Shown: positions 49,282 to 58,623 of the stretch, in pieces
Position numbering within the stretch: position 1 is the first letter of the stretch
Layout: each line of letters begins with the position of its first letter
Source: a virus
Reading direction: 5' to 3' (one strand)
Virus record (IMG/VR): IMGVR_UViG_3300032268_001605
Location: 75,251-139,250 of that record
DNA: 64,000 nt
Notes under the pieces: model-generated
Told to the model about the DNA's origin: nothing
Databases searched by the model: none
The model's input: only the letters and a program-made list of their open reading frames with translations
Position numbers and translations under genes: made by a program

Positions 49282-49621
49282 ATTTGAGATTATACGAATG
49301 TCAGAATCTACCTTGGGTACTTCTAGGTGGTGGACTACACTCTTAGTTCAAGAGAAATCTACTGGCAATCTTTATATAATTGAAGCTTTAGACGAAGAAC
49401 ACAAATTATTATTTTTTGCATATAAAGAGAATGAAAATGGCGTAACATCAAGTGGCATTTCATTTCGTGGAAATAACTTTATCAGACTTAAAATTAAATA
49501 TCTAAAGCCTGCGACAGAGGAAGAAGTTAAAAATCTAATTAGATATTTTCTTGATAAGGAAAAGATAATGGCAAAAATTAAAGAAAACAATAGACAAGCA
49601 AAATTAAATATTTTATTATGA
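49262..49621 (+). CDS. hypothetical protein ending RQAKLNILL
   Basis: ORF coupled to neighbours; start uncertain. Confidence 0.6.
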   Translation: MKNPKNEFEIIRMSESTLGTSRWWTTLLVQEKSTGNLYIIEALDEEHKLLFFAYKENENGVTSSGISFRGNNFIRLKIKYLKPATEEEVKNLIRYFLDKEKIMAKIKENNRQAKLNILL

Positions 49622-50157
49622 TAGCAGAACTAAGTAAAACAAAATGGTACACAATCAAAGTACAAAACAACAGAGAAAAATCAGTATCTGAGAGAATCAA
49701 AACTGATATGATGAGATATTACAATATGGAACTCAACTTCCTTATACCAACAAAAGCGGTAGCCTCTGTTAAAAACGGCAAAAAAGTTGTCAAAGAACAA
49801 ATACTCTATCCCGGTTATGTTTTTGTACAAACAGATTCTATTGATAAAGTAGAACACTTAGTAAAAGGTACGAATGGGGCAACTAATGTCTTAAAAGATG
49901 CTAGAGGTTTAGCACAACCACTAAAACAATCAGAGATTGATAAAATGATTGTTGAGAAAGAAAAAACTAAAGAAGTAGTTGAATCAACTTTAATTAAAGG
50001 TGAAAGAGTTGAGGTAATCACAGGACCATTTCAAAATTTCAAAGGTACAATTGATAGAATAGAAGAAAATGGTAAGGTTCGTGTAGAAGTCCTAATTTTC
50101 GGAAGACCTACTACAGTTGACTTAACCCTAAATGAAATTATAAAAATAGTTGACTAA
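49618..50157 (+). CDS. nusG: transcription elongation factor NusG
   Basis: WYTIKV...E, LYPGYVFV, KOW motif GERVEVITGPFQNFKG, IFGRPT. Confidence 0.93.
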   Translation: MIAELSKTKWYTIKVQNNREKSVSERIKTDMMRYYNMELNFLIPTKAVASVKNGKKVVKEQILYPGYVFVQTDSIDKVEHLVKGTNGATNVLKDARGLAQPLKQSEIDKMIVEKEKTKEVVESTLIKGERVEVITGPFQNFKGTIDRIEENGKVRVEVLIFGRPTTVDLTLNEIIKIVD

Positions 50158-50158
50158 A

Positions 50159-50590
50159 ATGGATAAACAAAAGATTATAGAAAAGTGGGAGAGGGTTCTT
50201 GGTAAAATTGGATTAACTGGTTCTCAATTAGAGAATATATCTCAGTTAGCTGAAAATCAATCGAATCAAATATTAGAAGAAACCAAAACTGAAGAGTTTA
50301 CTACTTTATTACCAATGGCTATGAAACTCGCCGCTAAACCCATATCCAACGATTTATTTTTCGCATCGGATGAAGAAATTAAATCTGTGAAGGATAGAGT
50401 GGTACAAGAAAATCGTGATGGTAAATTAGGTTCTATTTTAGAGGATGAAGTTTTTGTTGAGAAAAGATTAGAAGAGGATGAAGAATATAAAAAATTGAAG
50501 TCTAAAGGTGTATCACCATTAGGGGCACCCACGGCTCAACTATTCTACATTGATTATAAATATGTAGATTCAGAAAAAAAAAGTGAATAG
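50159..50590 (+). CDS. miniature major-capsid-protein (gp23) N-terminal paralogue
   Basis: IIEKWERVL, LAENQ, LLPMAMKLAAKPISNDL, VSPLGAPTAQLFYIDYKY echo gp23 N-terminal motifs. Confidence 0.6.
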   Translation: MDKQKIIEKWERVLGKIGLTGSQLENISQLAENQSNQILEETKTEEFTTLLPMAMKLAAKPISNDLFFASDEEIKSVKDRVVQENRDGKLGSILEDEVFVEKRLEEDEEYKKLKSKGVSPLGAPTAQLFYIDYKYVDSEKKSE

Positions 50591-50611
50591 TTTAAAACTA
50601 TTCACTTTTTT
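50577..50611. terminator. bidirectional intrinsic terminator
   Basis: AAAAAAGTGAATAGTTT-A-AAACTATTCACTTTTTT. Confidence 0.8.
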
Positions 50612-50628
50612 ATATTAATTATTTTTTA

Positions 50629-50805
50629 TTAAAAATCCTTTCTATATTTCAAAACTGCCATTTCTTTGGCTTTTGCCTCCACTTCCGTATCAAATTCTAA
50701 ACCGAAAGTCTCAATCTTTTCATAGATATAATCAGCATGAGCAATAGCAACAGACTTTTCATCTTCTAACTTTTTAGAAGAACTCATATGTGTAAGTGGT
50801 TTTGT
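50629..50805 (-). pseudogene. uvsE: displaced duplicate 3' end of uvsE (58 codons)
   Basis: TKPLTHMSSSKKLEDEKSVAIAHADYIYEKIETFGLEFDTEVEAKAKEMAVLKYRKDF aligns with UvsE C-terminus. Confidence 0.85.
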
Positions 50806-51828
50806 TCATATCTCTTTAATATTTCCATCAGAATAAATTATAAAAAAATTGAATCTGATATTCCTATCAATTACAGATTGTTTCTTTTTTAAGTTATTAT
50901 CTAAGTCTAATTCATATGTGAAGTCACTTTTGACTTCAATGATTCTATTCTCAGATTCTATGTAAATATCAGGAAAATAACGATGATCTTTCAAATCATC
51001 ACCTTTGTAAATAAATTTACCAATTAATTTCTCTATGTCGGAATTTTTAGTGAAGATATCAGATTCTTTGTAATTGATTAATAAATAATCCAATGCCATT
51101 GGTTCATACCCCTGTAATGATATAATTTTTCCACTCGGAAGACTATACATTTTATGTGAGAATGATTTTTTCAAATTTTCTTCTAAAAAGTCTGCATCCT
51201 TACTTAAGTGTGTGACACCATATTTTTCTAAACATGTTTTCTTATATTTTTCTGAAATGGATTTCTTTTCATTTTCTGTTTTAGACAGAGATTTCATCAA
51301 TTTTTTTGATTTTACTGATTCCAACTTTGATATATTATGTACACCATATTTCTTTGTCACTGATTCTTGTATTTTTAATTTACCCTCTGTGGTTTTTAAG
51401 TGATGTTCAACTCCGTATTTCTGAATATTTGTATTTTTCGACTTTAGCTTCACTTTTTCTGATTTTTGAGGATTATCAACACCATACTTTTTCATACAAG
51501 TTTCTTTAGATCGAAGACTTCTCAATTTTAATTTATCCTCAGAAACATTATTCCAGAAATCTTTAGACTGACAGCTGTTTGAACAATATTTTACATAACC
51601 TTTATTGAAATTAATATAACGTACATTTTTATTACAACAATGACATTTGATTTCTGAATAAATTTTATTACTGAAATGGTACATTATTTGTGAAATTTTC
51701 TTTCCTTCAAGGAAGGGAAATTTATTAATAATTAAGCCAAGTATACCATTAGTTTTGATTTTCTTCCAAATTCTAATAAAATTTTCATTAGTAAATAACT
51801 CATTTTCAATCAACAATATATCTTCCAT
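50806..51828 (-). CDS. free-standing homing endonuclease, PD-(D/E)xK type with KYGV repeats
   Basis: CxxC/CxxxC zinc motif, four KYGV repeats, RYFPDIY...IIEVKS. Confidence 0.85.
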   Translation of the reverse strand: MEDILLIENELFTNENFIRIWKKIKTNGILGLIINKFPFLEGKKISQIMYHFSNKIYSEIKCHCCNKNVRYINFNKGYVKYCSNSCQSKDFWNNVSEDKLKLRSLRSKETCMKKYGVDNPQKSEKVKLKSKNTNIQKYGVEHHLKTTEGKLKIQESVTKKYGVHNISKLESVKSKKLMKSLSKTENEKKSISEKYKKTCLEKYGVTHLSKDADFLEENLKKSFSHKMYSLPSGKIISLQGYEPMALDYLLINYKESDIFTKNSDIEKLIGKFIYKGDDLKDHRYFPDIYIESENRIIEVKSDFTYELDLDNNLKKKQSVIDRNIRFNFFIIYSDGNIKEI

Positions 51829-51876
51829 TTATTTTTGAAATAATTTTATCCAATACGATTGGTATTCCTATATATA

Positions 51877-52794
51877 TTATTTCATGAAATCGGAAATATA
51901 TTTTTTTAGTGCTATATCCTTCATTTTACACTCCATTTCGATATCCAATGAATTGTCATAGTCATTAAATTTCTCGTAGAGAAAATCGGAGTGTGCTTCA
52001 GATTTAGCAGATATATCCTCAAATTCTTTTCTTGAACTTGAATGATGACACAGTGGTTTTGTTTTCCAGGTTGAAATTGCTAAATTAAGTGCATCTTTTT
52101 CAGAGTAACCACCTGAATTTAATTTATGGTGAAAGCTATCGAAAACAATAGGGATGTTTATTTTCGTGTGAACCCAATCATACAACATCTTCACAGAATA
52201 TTGATTTGGACTATCATCATTTTCAACAGTCAATCGTTTTTTACAAGAATCAGATAATAACTCAAAGTTCTGACAGAATTTTTGACAAGCTTCTTCTCTA
52301 CCGGGTTTGGTTGTACCAATGTGTATGTTTACAGGATAGAAAGTAGACTGCTCTAAACCCATCAAGTCTAAAATTTGAGAGTGCTTATCTAATTCATCAA
52401 TAGCATTCAAAACTACCCTTTCGTTCTCACTAGCTAATATACAAAAATGAGATGGGTGAAATGAAAGCCTAAATCCATTATCCATGGCAAATTTGCCAGA
52501 TTTTCTGAGTTTAGACTCTATTAGTTTTATGTTAGGTAAGTCTTCTATTTTATAAAAACCAAGACAAGGAAACATATCACTTGACATCCTGTAGACTGAA
52601 ATATCATTCTTCAGGTTCCATTCGAGAATTTTTTGAAGATCGTCAAGATTCTTCAGTGTTAGTTCAGAGACATAATCTAAACCTTTAGATTCAAATGTTT
52701 TTTTCGTCATACCTCGATTTACGGAGATATAGTCTTTCTTTTTTAGACCCTCATTCATCGAGAGGTTGATACAGCAGTAACCAATGTTGTTCAT
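51877..52794 (-). CDS. uvsE: UV damage endonuclease UvsE/UvdE
   Basis: IGYCCIN, YRMSSDMFP, RLSFHP, RLTVENDD, FDSFHH, AHSD, EMECKMKD. Confidence 0.93.
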   Translation of the reverse strand: MNNIGYCCINLSMNEGLKKKDYISVNRGMTKKTFESKGLDYVSELTLKNLDDLQKILEWNLKNDISVYRMSSDMFPCLGFYKIEDLPNIKLIESKLRKSGKFAMDNGFRLSFHPSHFCILASENERVVLNAIDELDKHSQILDLMGLEQSTFYPVNIHIGTTKPGREEACQKFCQNFELLSDSCKKRLTVENDDSPNQYSVKMLYDWVHTKINIPIVFDSFHHKLNSGGYSEKDALNLAISTWKTKPLCHHSSSRKEFEDISAKSEAHSDFLYEKFNDYDNSLDIEMECKMKDIALKKYISDFMK

Positions 52795-52897
52795 AGTTCG
52801 TTTAGATTAGATTGTAAAAATACTATAAAATTTTATAAATAAAAAATTTTAAGTGGTTTATTTTTTTAATATATAGATAATAAAAATATTTTTCCAA

Positions 52898-53458
52898 ATG
52901 ATTGAAAAAATTTATAAGTATTTAGAGTTTCTTAAAGAAAATAATCATGATACACCAGAAACTTATGTTCAATTAGCCTTGAAAAAACTTCAGAAGAGAA
53001 TTGAAAAGATGTTTACTAGTGCCCAAGTCGAAGATGGTGAAGTGAAAAGATATGGCGAAAAACAGGACTTAGATAGAAAAGAAAAAGGTGAATTGAGTTT
53101 TATGGACTTGGGTTTACAAATGCAAAGTCTTGAATTATCTAAATACTCGAAGATATATGATAACCTGAAATTAAAATTCACTGATGAAGAATTTCTATAT
53201 GATATACTTTTTACGATTGACTTGAAAGATGCCCTACCAAAGTCCAAAGATAAAGACTATTCAGACGAAGAAATTAAAAATTGTCAAATTAAATTCAAGA
53301 AATATTCATTAGATGATTTTGAATTAGTGGCTGGACCCCTTATGAAAACAGTTGAATTAGAAAAAATAGATGAAGAGTTTTTGATAGAACTTAAAATAGA
53401 ATTGGAAGAATCTGGTGGTGAAAGCGAAGAGGATTTCGAGATAGAAACAGAAGAATAA
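52898..53458 (+). CDS. acidic hypothetical protein with N-terminal tag
   Basis: 186-aa ORF, IYKYLEFLKE, AATATATA upstream. Confidence 0.7.
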   Translation: MIEKIYKYLEFLKENNHDTPETYVQLALKKLQKRIEKMFTSAQVEDGEVKRYGEKQDLDRKEKGELSFMDLGLQMQSLELSKYSKIYDNLKLKFTDEEFLYDILFTIDLKDALPKSKDKDYSDEEIKNCQIKFKKYSLDDFELVAGPLMKTVELEKIDEEFLIELKIELEESGGESEEDFEIETEE

Positions 53459-53460
53459 TT

Positions 53461-53976
53461 ATGAATACTTATAACATTGTTACAAATTATAAAATCATAC
53501 AAATTTTTAAATCTGGTAGTAAATATTACCGAGTAAATCTTGGTTATTCAGCTACGCTAGAAGCTAATAACTCCGAAAGAGTATTGAGTCAAAAAGATGA
53601 GTTTGCTTATTTTTACAATACTATGTATCGCACTACCATATCCGGACAGGGAAATATCGGAAATATAAAATTCTATTCGGATCACTACATCTTGGAAGAT
53701 AAATTGGCTTTCTATTTTGATAGAGAGGAATTTATATTTGATTTTGATTTTAAATTGGTAAAAGAAAAGGGAATTGACTTTTATTTAGGTCACTTGATTA
53801 AAACAATAGAAACCGAATATCAAGACAGACTAAGGAAAAAAGAAGAAGAAGTTGAAATAAAGAAGAGTGTCAAAGCTAATCCTGAAAATGTAATTAAAAA
53901 TCCAGGTGCGGCAACCTATGAAGATCTCCTGGCCTATATGGAGCAACAAAGATATGAAAGATTAAAAGTCAAATAA
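53461..53976 (+). CDS. hypothetical protein
   Basis: 171-aa ORF. Confidence 0.7.
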   Translation: MNTYNIVTNYKIIQIFKSGSKYYRVNLGYSATLEANNSERVLSQKDEFAYFYNTMYRTTISGQGNIGNIKFYSDHYILEDKLAFYFDREEFIFDFDFKLVKEKGIDFYLGHLIKTIETEYQDRLRKKEEEVEIKKSVKANPENVIKNPGAATYEDLLAYMEQQRYERLKVK

Positions 53977-53977
53977 C

Positions 53978-55252
53978 ATGAATAAATTAAGTAAATTTTT
54001 AGACTTCAAATTGGATTCACTATTAGAATCTCTAATATTAGAAAGTAAACTTGTTCTTTCTAATAAGTTACAGAATCTAATTGACTCTTTAACAGAATCA
54101 AGATTAAAAAAAGAATTATTGCAAGTTATTAGAACAGGTAGGGACTTGGCAATATCTCAAAACTTTTTCGATATACATCCTGAAAAAGATAAAATTTTCT
54201 TTGTTCAAGATAAAAAGGCTCAAGAAATATTAGGACAGGAATCTCTGAAATATCAAGTAAATCAAACCCATGTTTACAGAAGATTCACTCTGAATAAAGA
54301 TTCAGATGGTAATTATATAAATCAACTAATTTTTGATGAATTAGGTTTCGATCCTGAAACTATGGATTATGTTAAACCTAATCAAGGACAAGTAGGTGAA
54401 ATTCTTGCAGAGACACCCTCTAAAGACACACCAGGTAAAACCTATGTCTTATTTAAATTCAATGGTGATAACTATTCTATTTATGATAGGGAAGCATTGA
54501 GTGTTAGAGATGATAGAGCTGAAAAGGTTTGGCAACTTACTAAAAATCCTATAAACATTGGTAGAGCCATAAGAAGTATCTTGACTGCGGCTGGAATACA
54601 ATTTACAGATAAAGAATTAGAAGACTTTGTTAATGCTTATAAATCTTCATTTGATATAATGAATGATGCCTTTTTGAAGTTTGATATTGTTTCAGAAAGA
54701 GATATTCCTTATTGGTATAATTATCGAAGATATGAACATGGAGGTAGTTCGACTCTTGGCCTTTCTTGTATGGCAGATGTAAATAGCGAATATTTTGATA
54801 TTTATAGGTATAATGATGATGTTTGCCAATTGGTCATTCTCTATAGTAATTTTGGCAAACTGCAAAATGGAAAGTGGGCTAGTGATAAGATAAGGGGAAG
54901 AGCACTTCTATGGAAAACCGATGGAGGAGATATGTTTATGGATAGAATTTACACAAATTATGATTCGGATATAGATTTGTTCAAAAGATTTGCTGAAAGG
55001 AATGGTTGGTGGTATAAAGTATATCAAGACTCTAAAACATCTGGCTCATCCATGGGTTTTAAAGTTAGTAACGGTTCACAAACTAAAAGTGCTGCTTATT
55101 ACGTTACTTTAGATGAGGTAAATTTTGATTATTATCCATTTGTGGATAGTCTCCCCTATTTAAATAAATCAAATAATACTATTTCAAATGTAATGCGTGG
55201 AGCTGAATATGAAATGAGAGACACCGGTGGTGAGCTGGATGGACTATATTAG
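53978..55252 (+). CDS. conserved phage protein (SCM...GRALLW...MDRIY...PFVDS pattern)
   Basis: 424-aa ORF; motif series familiar from large-phage hypothetical proteins. Confidence 0.65.
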   Translation: MNKLSKFLDFKLDSLLESLILESKLVLSNKLQNLIDSLTESRLKKELLQVIRTGRDLAISQNFFDIHPEKDKIFFVQDKKAQEILGQESLKYQVNQTHVYRRFTLNKDSDGNYINQLIFDELGFDPETMDYVKPNQGQVGEILAETPSKDTPGKTYVLFKFNGDNYSIYDREALSVRDDRAEKVWQLTKNPINIGRAIRSILTAAGIQFTDKELEDFVNAYKSSFDIMNDAFLKFDIVSERDIPYWYNYRRYEHGGSSTLGLSCMADVNSEYFDIYRYNDDVCQLVILYSNFGKLQNGKWASDKIRGRALLWKTDGGDMFMDRIYTNYDSDIDLFKRFAERNGWWYKVYQDSKTSGSSMGFKVSNGSQTKSAAYYVTLDEVNFDYYPFVDSLPYLNKSNNTISNVMRGAEYEMRDTGGELDGLY

Positions 55253-55312
55253 AAAATTTTTTCAATTTTTTCTTAAACTTTATTCTCTACTAACATATAA
55301 CATTATGTAAAG

Positions 55313-55365
55313 TGACAACTTAAACTGACAATTTGTCAGTTTTAATTTTTGGCACACTTATTGAA
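55313..55365 (+). promoter_or_regulatory. operator palindrome plus sigma54-like promoter upstream of dnaK
   Basis: AAACTGACA-ATT-TGTCAGTTT (55322-55342) then TGGCAC-N5-TTGAA (55350-55365). Confidence 0.6.
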
Positions 55366-55392
55366 AAATTTAAAATAAAAAAAATTTAAATT

Positions 55393-57285
55393 ATGAGTAA
55401 AAAAGAGTATGTATTGGGTATTGATTTGGGGACTACAAATTCGGCCCTTTGTGTTGTTCAAAATGGTGAACCAGTGGTTATCACAAACAGTGAAGGTAGA
55501 AGAACAACACCATCTGTAGTTGGATTCACTGGAACTGACAGAAAAATTGGGGATTCAGCAAAAAGACAAGCTGTTACAAATCCAACCAAAACAGTTTATT
55601 CAATCAAGCGTTTCATCGGCAAAGATTTCTCTAATTGCAAAGATGAAATTACCAGAGTACCTTACAAAGTAGAGAAAATTGGGAACAATGTTCCAGGTGT
55701 ACTTATCGATGATAAACACTACACACCACAAGAAATTTCAGCTATGATTCTTCAGAAACTGAAACAAACAGCTGAGGACTTTTTAGGGCAACCCGTGACT
55801 AAAGCAGTTATTACAGTTCCGGCTTACTTTGGGGATGCAGAGAGACAGTCCACTATAGAGGCAGGAAAAATAGCAGGACTTCAAGTAGAAAGAATTATCA
55901 ATGAACCAACAGCTGCCGCCTTAGCTTATGGACTTGATAAGAAAAACCAAGAACAAAAAATCATAGTTTATGACCTCGGTGGTGGAACATTTGATATTTC
56001 AGTTCTTGAAATTGGAGATGGTGTATTTGAAGTTAAATCAACTGATGGTGATACACACTTAGGTGGAGATGACTTTGATAACGCTATTATCAGTTGGATG
56101 GTGGAAGAATTCAAAACCGAAAACGCAATGGATTTGAGTAAAGACCCTATGGCACTTCAAAGATTGAAAGATGCAGCTGAAAAGGCAAAAATCGAACTAT
56201 CTTCTTCATCACAAGCAGATATCAATCTACCTTACTTAACAGCTAAAGATGGAGTACCACTTCACTTTGTTAAAAGTTTGTCAAGAGCTAAATTTGAACA
56301 GATGATTACACCTCTAATCGAAAGAACTATTAATTGTTGCAAATCAGCTCTTAAAAACGCTAAGATTAAAGCATCTGATATTGATGAAGTAATCTTGGTT
56401 GGTGGTTCAACAAGAGTACCAGCGGTTCAAGAAGCGGTTGAAAAGTTTTTCGATAAGAAAGCAAATAAATCAGTTAATCCTGATGAAGTAGTTGCAATTG
56501 GAGCGGCGATTCAAGGGGCGGTTCTTTCCGGTGAAATTACAGATGTACTTCTTTTAGATGTAACTCCACTTTCACTTGGAATTGAAACTATGGGTAATGT
56601 TATGACAAGATTAATTGAAGCTAACACTACAATCCCTACAAGAAAAACTGAAACTTTCTCAACCGCTTCGGATAACCAACCCTCAGTGGAAATTCACGTA
56701 CTTCAAGGTGAAAGACCGATGGCTAAAGATAATCGTTCACTTGGTAGATTTCACTTAGATGGTATTATGCCGGCTCCAAGAGGGGTACCCCAGATAGAGG
56801 TGACATTAGATATAGATGCAAATGGCATTCTTTCGGTGTCAGCTAAAGACAAGGCTACTGGAAAAGAGAACAAAATCAGAATTGAAGGTGGTTCTCAATT
56901 ATCTAAGGAGGAAATTGAAAGAATGAAGCAGGAGGCTGCTGAAAATGCTGAATCCGACAAGCTTGAAAGAGAGAGAATTGATAAGTTGAATCAGGCTGAT
57001 AGTTTAATTTTCCAAACCGAAAAACAGGTTAAGGAATTTAGTGAAAAATTAACTGAGGAAAATAAAGCAGATTTAAATGCTTGTTTGGAAACTTTAAAAT
57101 CGGCTCACTCGGCTCAGAATTTGGAAGAGATTGATTCGGCTATGAATAAGTTGAATGAAACTTGGCAGAGAATTTCGACAGATCTTTACAATCGTTCTTC
57201 TCAGGAAGAAGCTTCACAAGCAACTGGAAATGAAGGTGGTGACACTGGTGAACCACAAGATATACAGTTTGAAGAAGTAAAATAG
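55393..57285 (+). CDS. dnaK: Hsp70 chaperone DnaK
   Basis: [42 protein letters not shown]-terminal FEEVK. Confidence 0.98.
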   Translation: MSKKEYVLGIDLGTTNSALCVVQNGEPVVITNSEGRRTTPSVVGFTGTDRKIGDSAKRQAVTNPTKTVYSIKRFIGKDFSNCKDEITRVPYKVEKIGNNVPGVLIDDKHYTPQEISAMILQKLKQTAEDFLGQPVTKAVITVPAYFGDAERQSTIEAGKIAGLQVERIINEPTAAALAYGLDKKNQEQKIIVYDLGGGTFDISVLEIGDGVFEVKSTDGDTHLGGDDFDNAIISWMVEEFKTENAMDLSKDPMALQRLKDAAEKAKIELSSSSQADINLPYLTAKDGVPLHFVKSLSRAKFEQMITPLIERTINCCKSALKNAKIKASDIDEVILVGGSTRVPAVQEAVEKFFDKKANKSVNPDEVVAIGAAIQGAVLSGEITDVLLLDVTPLSLGIETMGNVMTRLIEANTTIPTRKTETFSTASDNQPSVEIHVLQGERPMAKDNRSLGRFHLDGIMPAPRGVPQIEVTLDIDANGILSVSAKDKATGKENKIRIEGGSQLSKEEIERMKQEAAENAESDKLERERIDKLNQADSLIFQTEKQVKEFSEKLTEENKADLNACLETLKSAHSAQNLEEIDSAMNKLNETWQRISTDLYNRSSQEEASQATGNEGGDTGEPQDIQFEEVK

Positions 57286-57442
57286 TTCTCTAAGAAAAAG
57301 CGTAAGCCACCCCCTTCAGAGTCAGCTTACTCGTTTCGGTTAGAATTTGATTTTCACAGTGATTCTAATCGTCACATTTTTCAGAGTTCTAAGAAGGAGT
57401 ACGACTATAAATGCTAAACTTACCGTACAAGTTCTTTAAAAT

Positions 57443-57471
57443 AAATTCCGACCTAAAAAGTCGGAATTTTT
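57443..57471 (+). terminator. intrinsic terminator
   Basis: AAATTCCGAC-CTAAAAA-GTCGGAATTTTT. Confidence 0.85.
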
Positions 57472-57498
57472 CTTAATATATAAAAGGAAAAAGTTAAG

Positions 57499-57933
57499 AT
57501 GAGAATTAAAAATTTTCAACAATATAATTTGCTTTTAGAGAAAAGTTTGACACAACTTATTTCAAAAATTGAAGTGGTATTTAACTTAGAATTGGTTAAG
57601 ACAAAACATTCAGATGATAGGGAAACTAGAACCAATGTTAAAAATAAATCTGAATGGGATGAGGGTTACAATAAAAAAGTAATAACAAATGAGGAACTAA
57701 TTGAATTTGGTAATTACTTCAAAAGGGAGATAGCCGAGCATATAGGGACAACCGAAATTGAAAATGGCGTAGAATTTGTTATAAAATCAGATAGTAGAGA
57801 ATTAGCTTGTGTAATTATTCCCCAGCAACAATCAACTGCATACTGGAAATTAATATTAAAAACTGTTTGGAGAGAGAGTCCATCACATAGATTAAAAGTT
57901 GGGAGAGACCAATTGGTTATAATAAAACCTTAA
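57499..57933 (+). CDS. hypothetical protein with N-terminal tag, possible BECR-like RNase fold
   Basis: TKHSDDRE...ITNEEL...LILKTVW pattern; fold assignment weak. Confidence 0.55.
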   Translation: MRIKNFQQYNLLLEKSLTQLISKIEVVFNLELVKTKHSDDRETRTNVKNKSEWDEGYNKKVITNEELIEFGNYFKREIAEHIGTTEIENGVEFVIKSDSRELACVIIPQQQSTAYWKLILKTVWRESPSHRLKVGRDQLVIIKP

Positions 57934-57935
57934 AT

Positions 57936-58097
57936 GAAAAAAAGAGGGTTGTATCTGAATCGTTGCCTCCCTCTTAGTTCTCAAAGATGATTGTATCTGA
58001 ATCGTTGCCTTCATCAATGAATTAAAAAAAAACAGGGTTGTATCTAAATCGTTGCCTCCCTATTGATGATTGTATCTAAATCGTTGCCTTCATCAAC
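57936..58097 (-). ncRNA. candidate small RNA(s): four hairpins sharing the 20-nt loop AGGCAACGAUUYAGAUACAA
   Basis: Cores at 57949, 57991, 58038, 58070 flanked by differing complementary stems; promoter directly upstream; U tracts after the 2nd and 4th hairpins. Confidence 0.75.
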
Positions 58098-58101
58098 AAT
58101 A

Positions 58102-58132
58102 CAAAGATAAGGATTATTTTTTAATTTCCAAA
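58102..58132 (-). promoter_or_regulatory. Bacteroidota sigma-A type promoter driving the hairpin array
   Basis: TTTG(58132-58129)-N19-TATCTTTG(58109-58102). Confidence 0.8.
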
Positions 58133-58566
58133 TCTCCTATCAATTTTTTTAAGCCTTCAATTGTTTCACAGACATAATATTCTTTGTAAAACTTATTAGA
58201 TGATACCTTAGATTTATCTCTATAAGAGTAACAAAACAGTATCCAATAATCTTTCAGAAGATGTAAGTCAATAATATAATCTTTCAATTGTGGTTCTTTA
58301 GAATTCGGAAACAATGTCCACCTATTAGTTCCCCAGCCAAAACATAAAATTGGTTTCGGGAAGTGAGTTTTAAGCTTTACGAATACCTCTTCACCAACTT
58401 TTTCTTCAATTATACTTTTGATATTATATTTTTGTAAATCATTCGGATCTACAAACAAGTTTCTATTATTATAATAAATTTCATCGAAATCGACTTCTGT
58501 AATTTTTTTGTAATCTAGCCAATCCCCATCAAATACAGATTCATTAAATTTTCTTAGATATTTCAT
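58114..58566 (-). CDS. hypothetical protein with MKYLRKFNES tag
   Basis: 150-aa ORF, TATATA upstream. Confidence 0.7.
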   Translation of the reverse strand: MKYLRKFNESVFDGDWLDYKKITEVDFDEIYYNNRNLFVDPNDLQKYNIKSIIEEKVGEEVFVKLKTHFPKPILCFGWGTNRWTLFPNSKEPQLKDYIIDLHLLKDYWILFCYSYRDKSKVSSNKFYKEYYVCETIEGLKKLIGDLEIKK

Positions 58567-58623
58567 ATGTCTATATATAAACTTTTTGAAAATATAAAAG
58601 GGGCTAATTAATATATACTTTTG

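Noticed and set aside
57942-58096. CRISPR mini-array interpretation of the four repeats
   Set aside because: Inter-repeat segments are 22, 27 and 12 nt, are made largely of stem arms that recur, and are not unique spacers; no cas genes in the window
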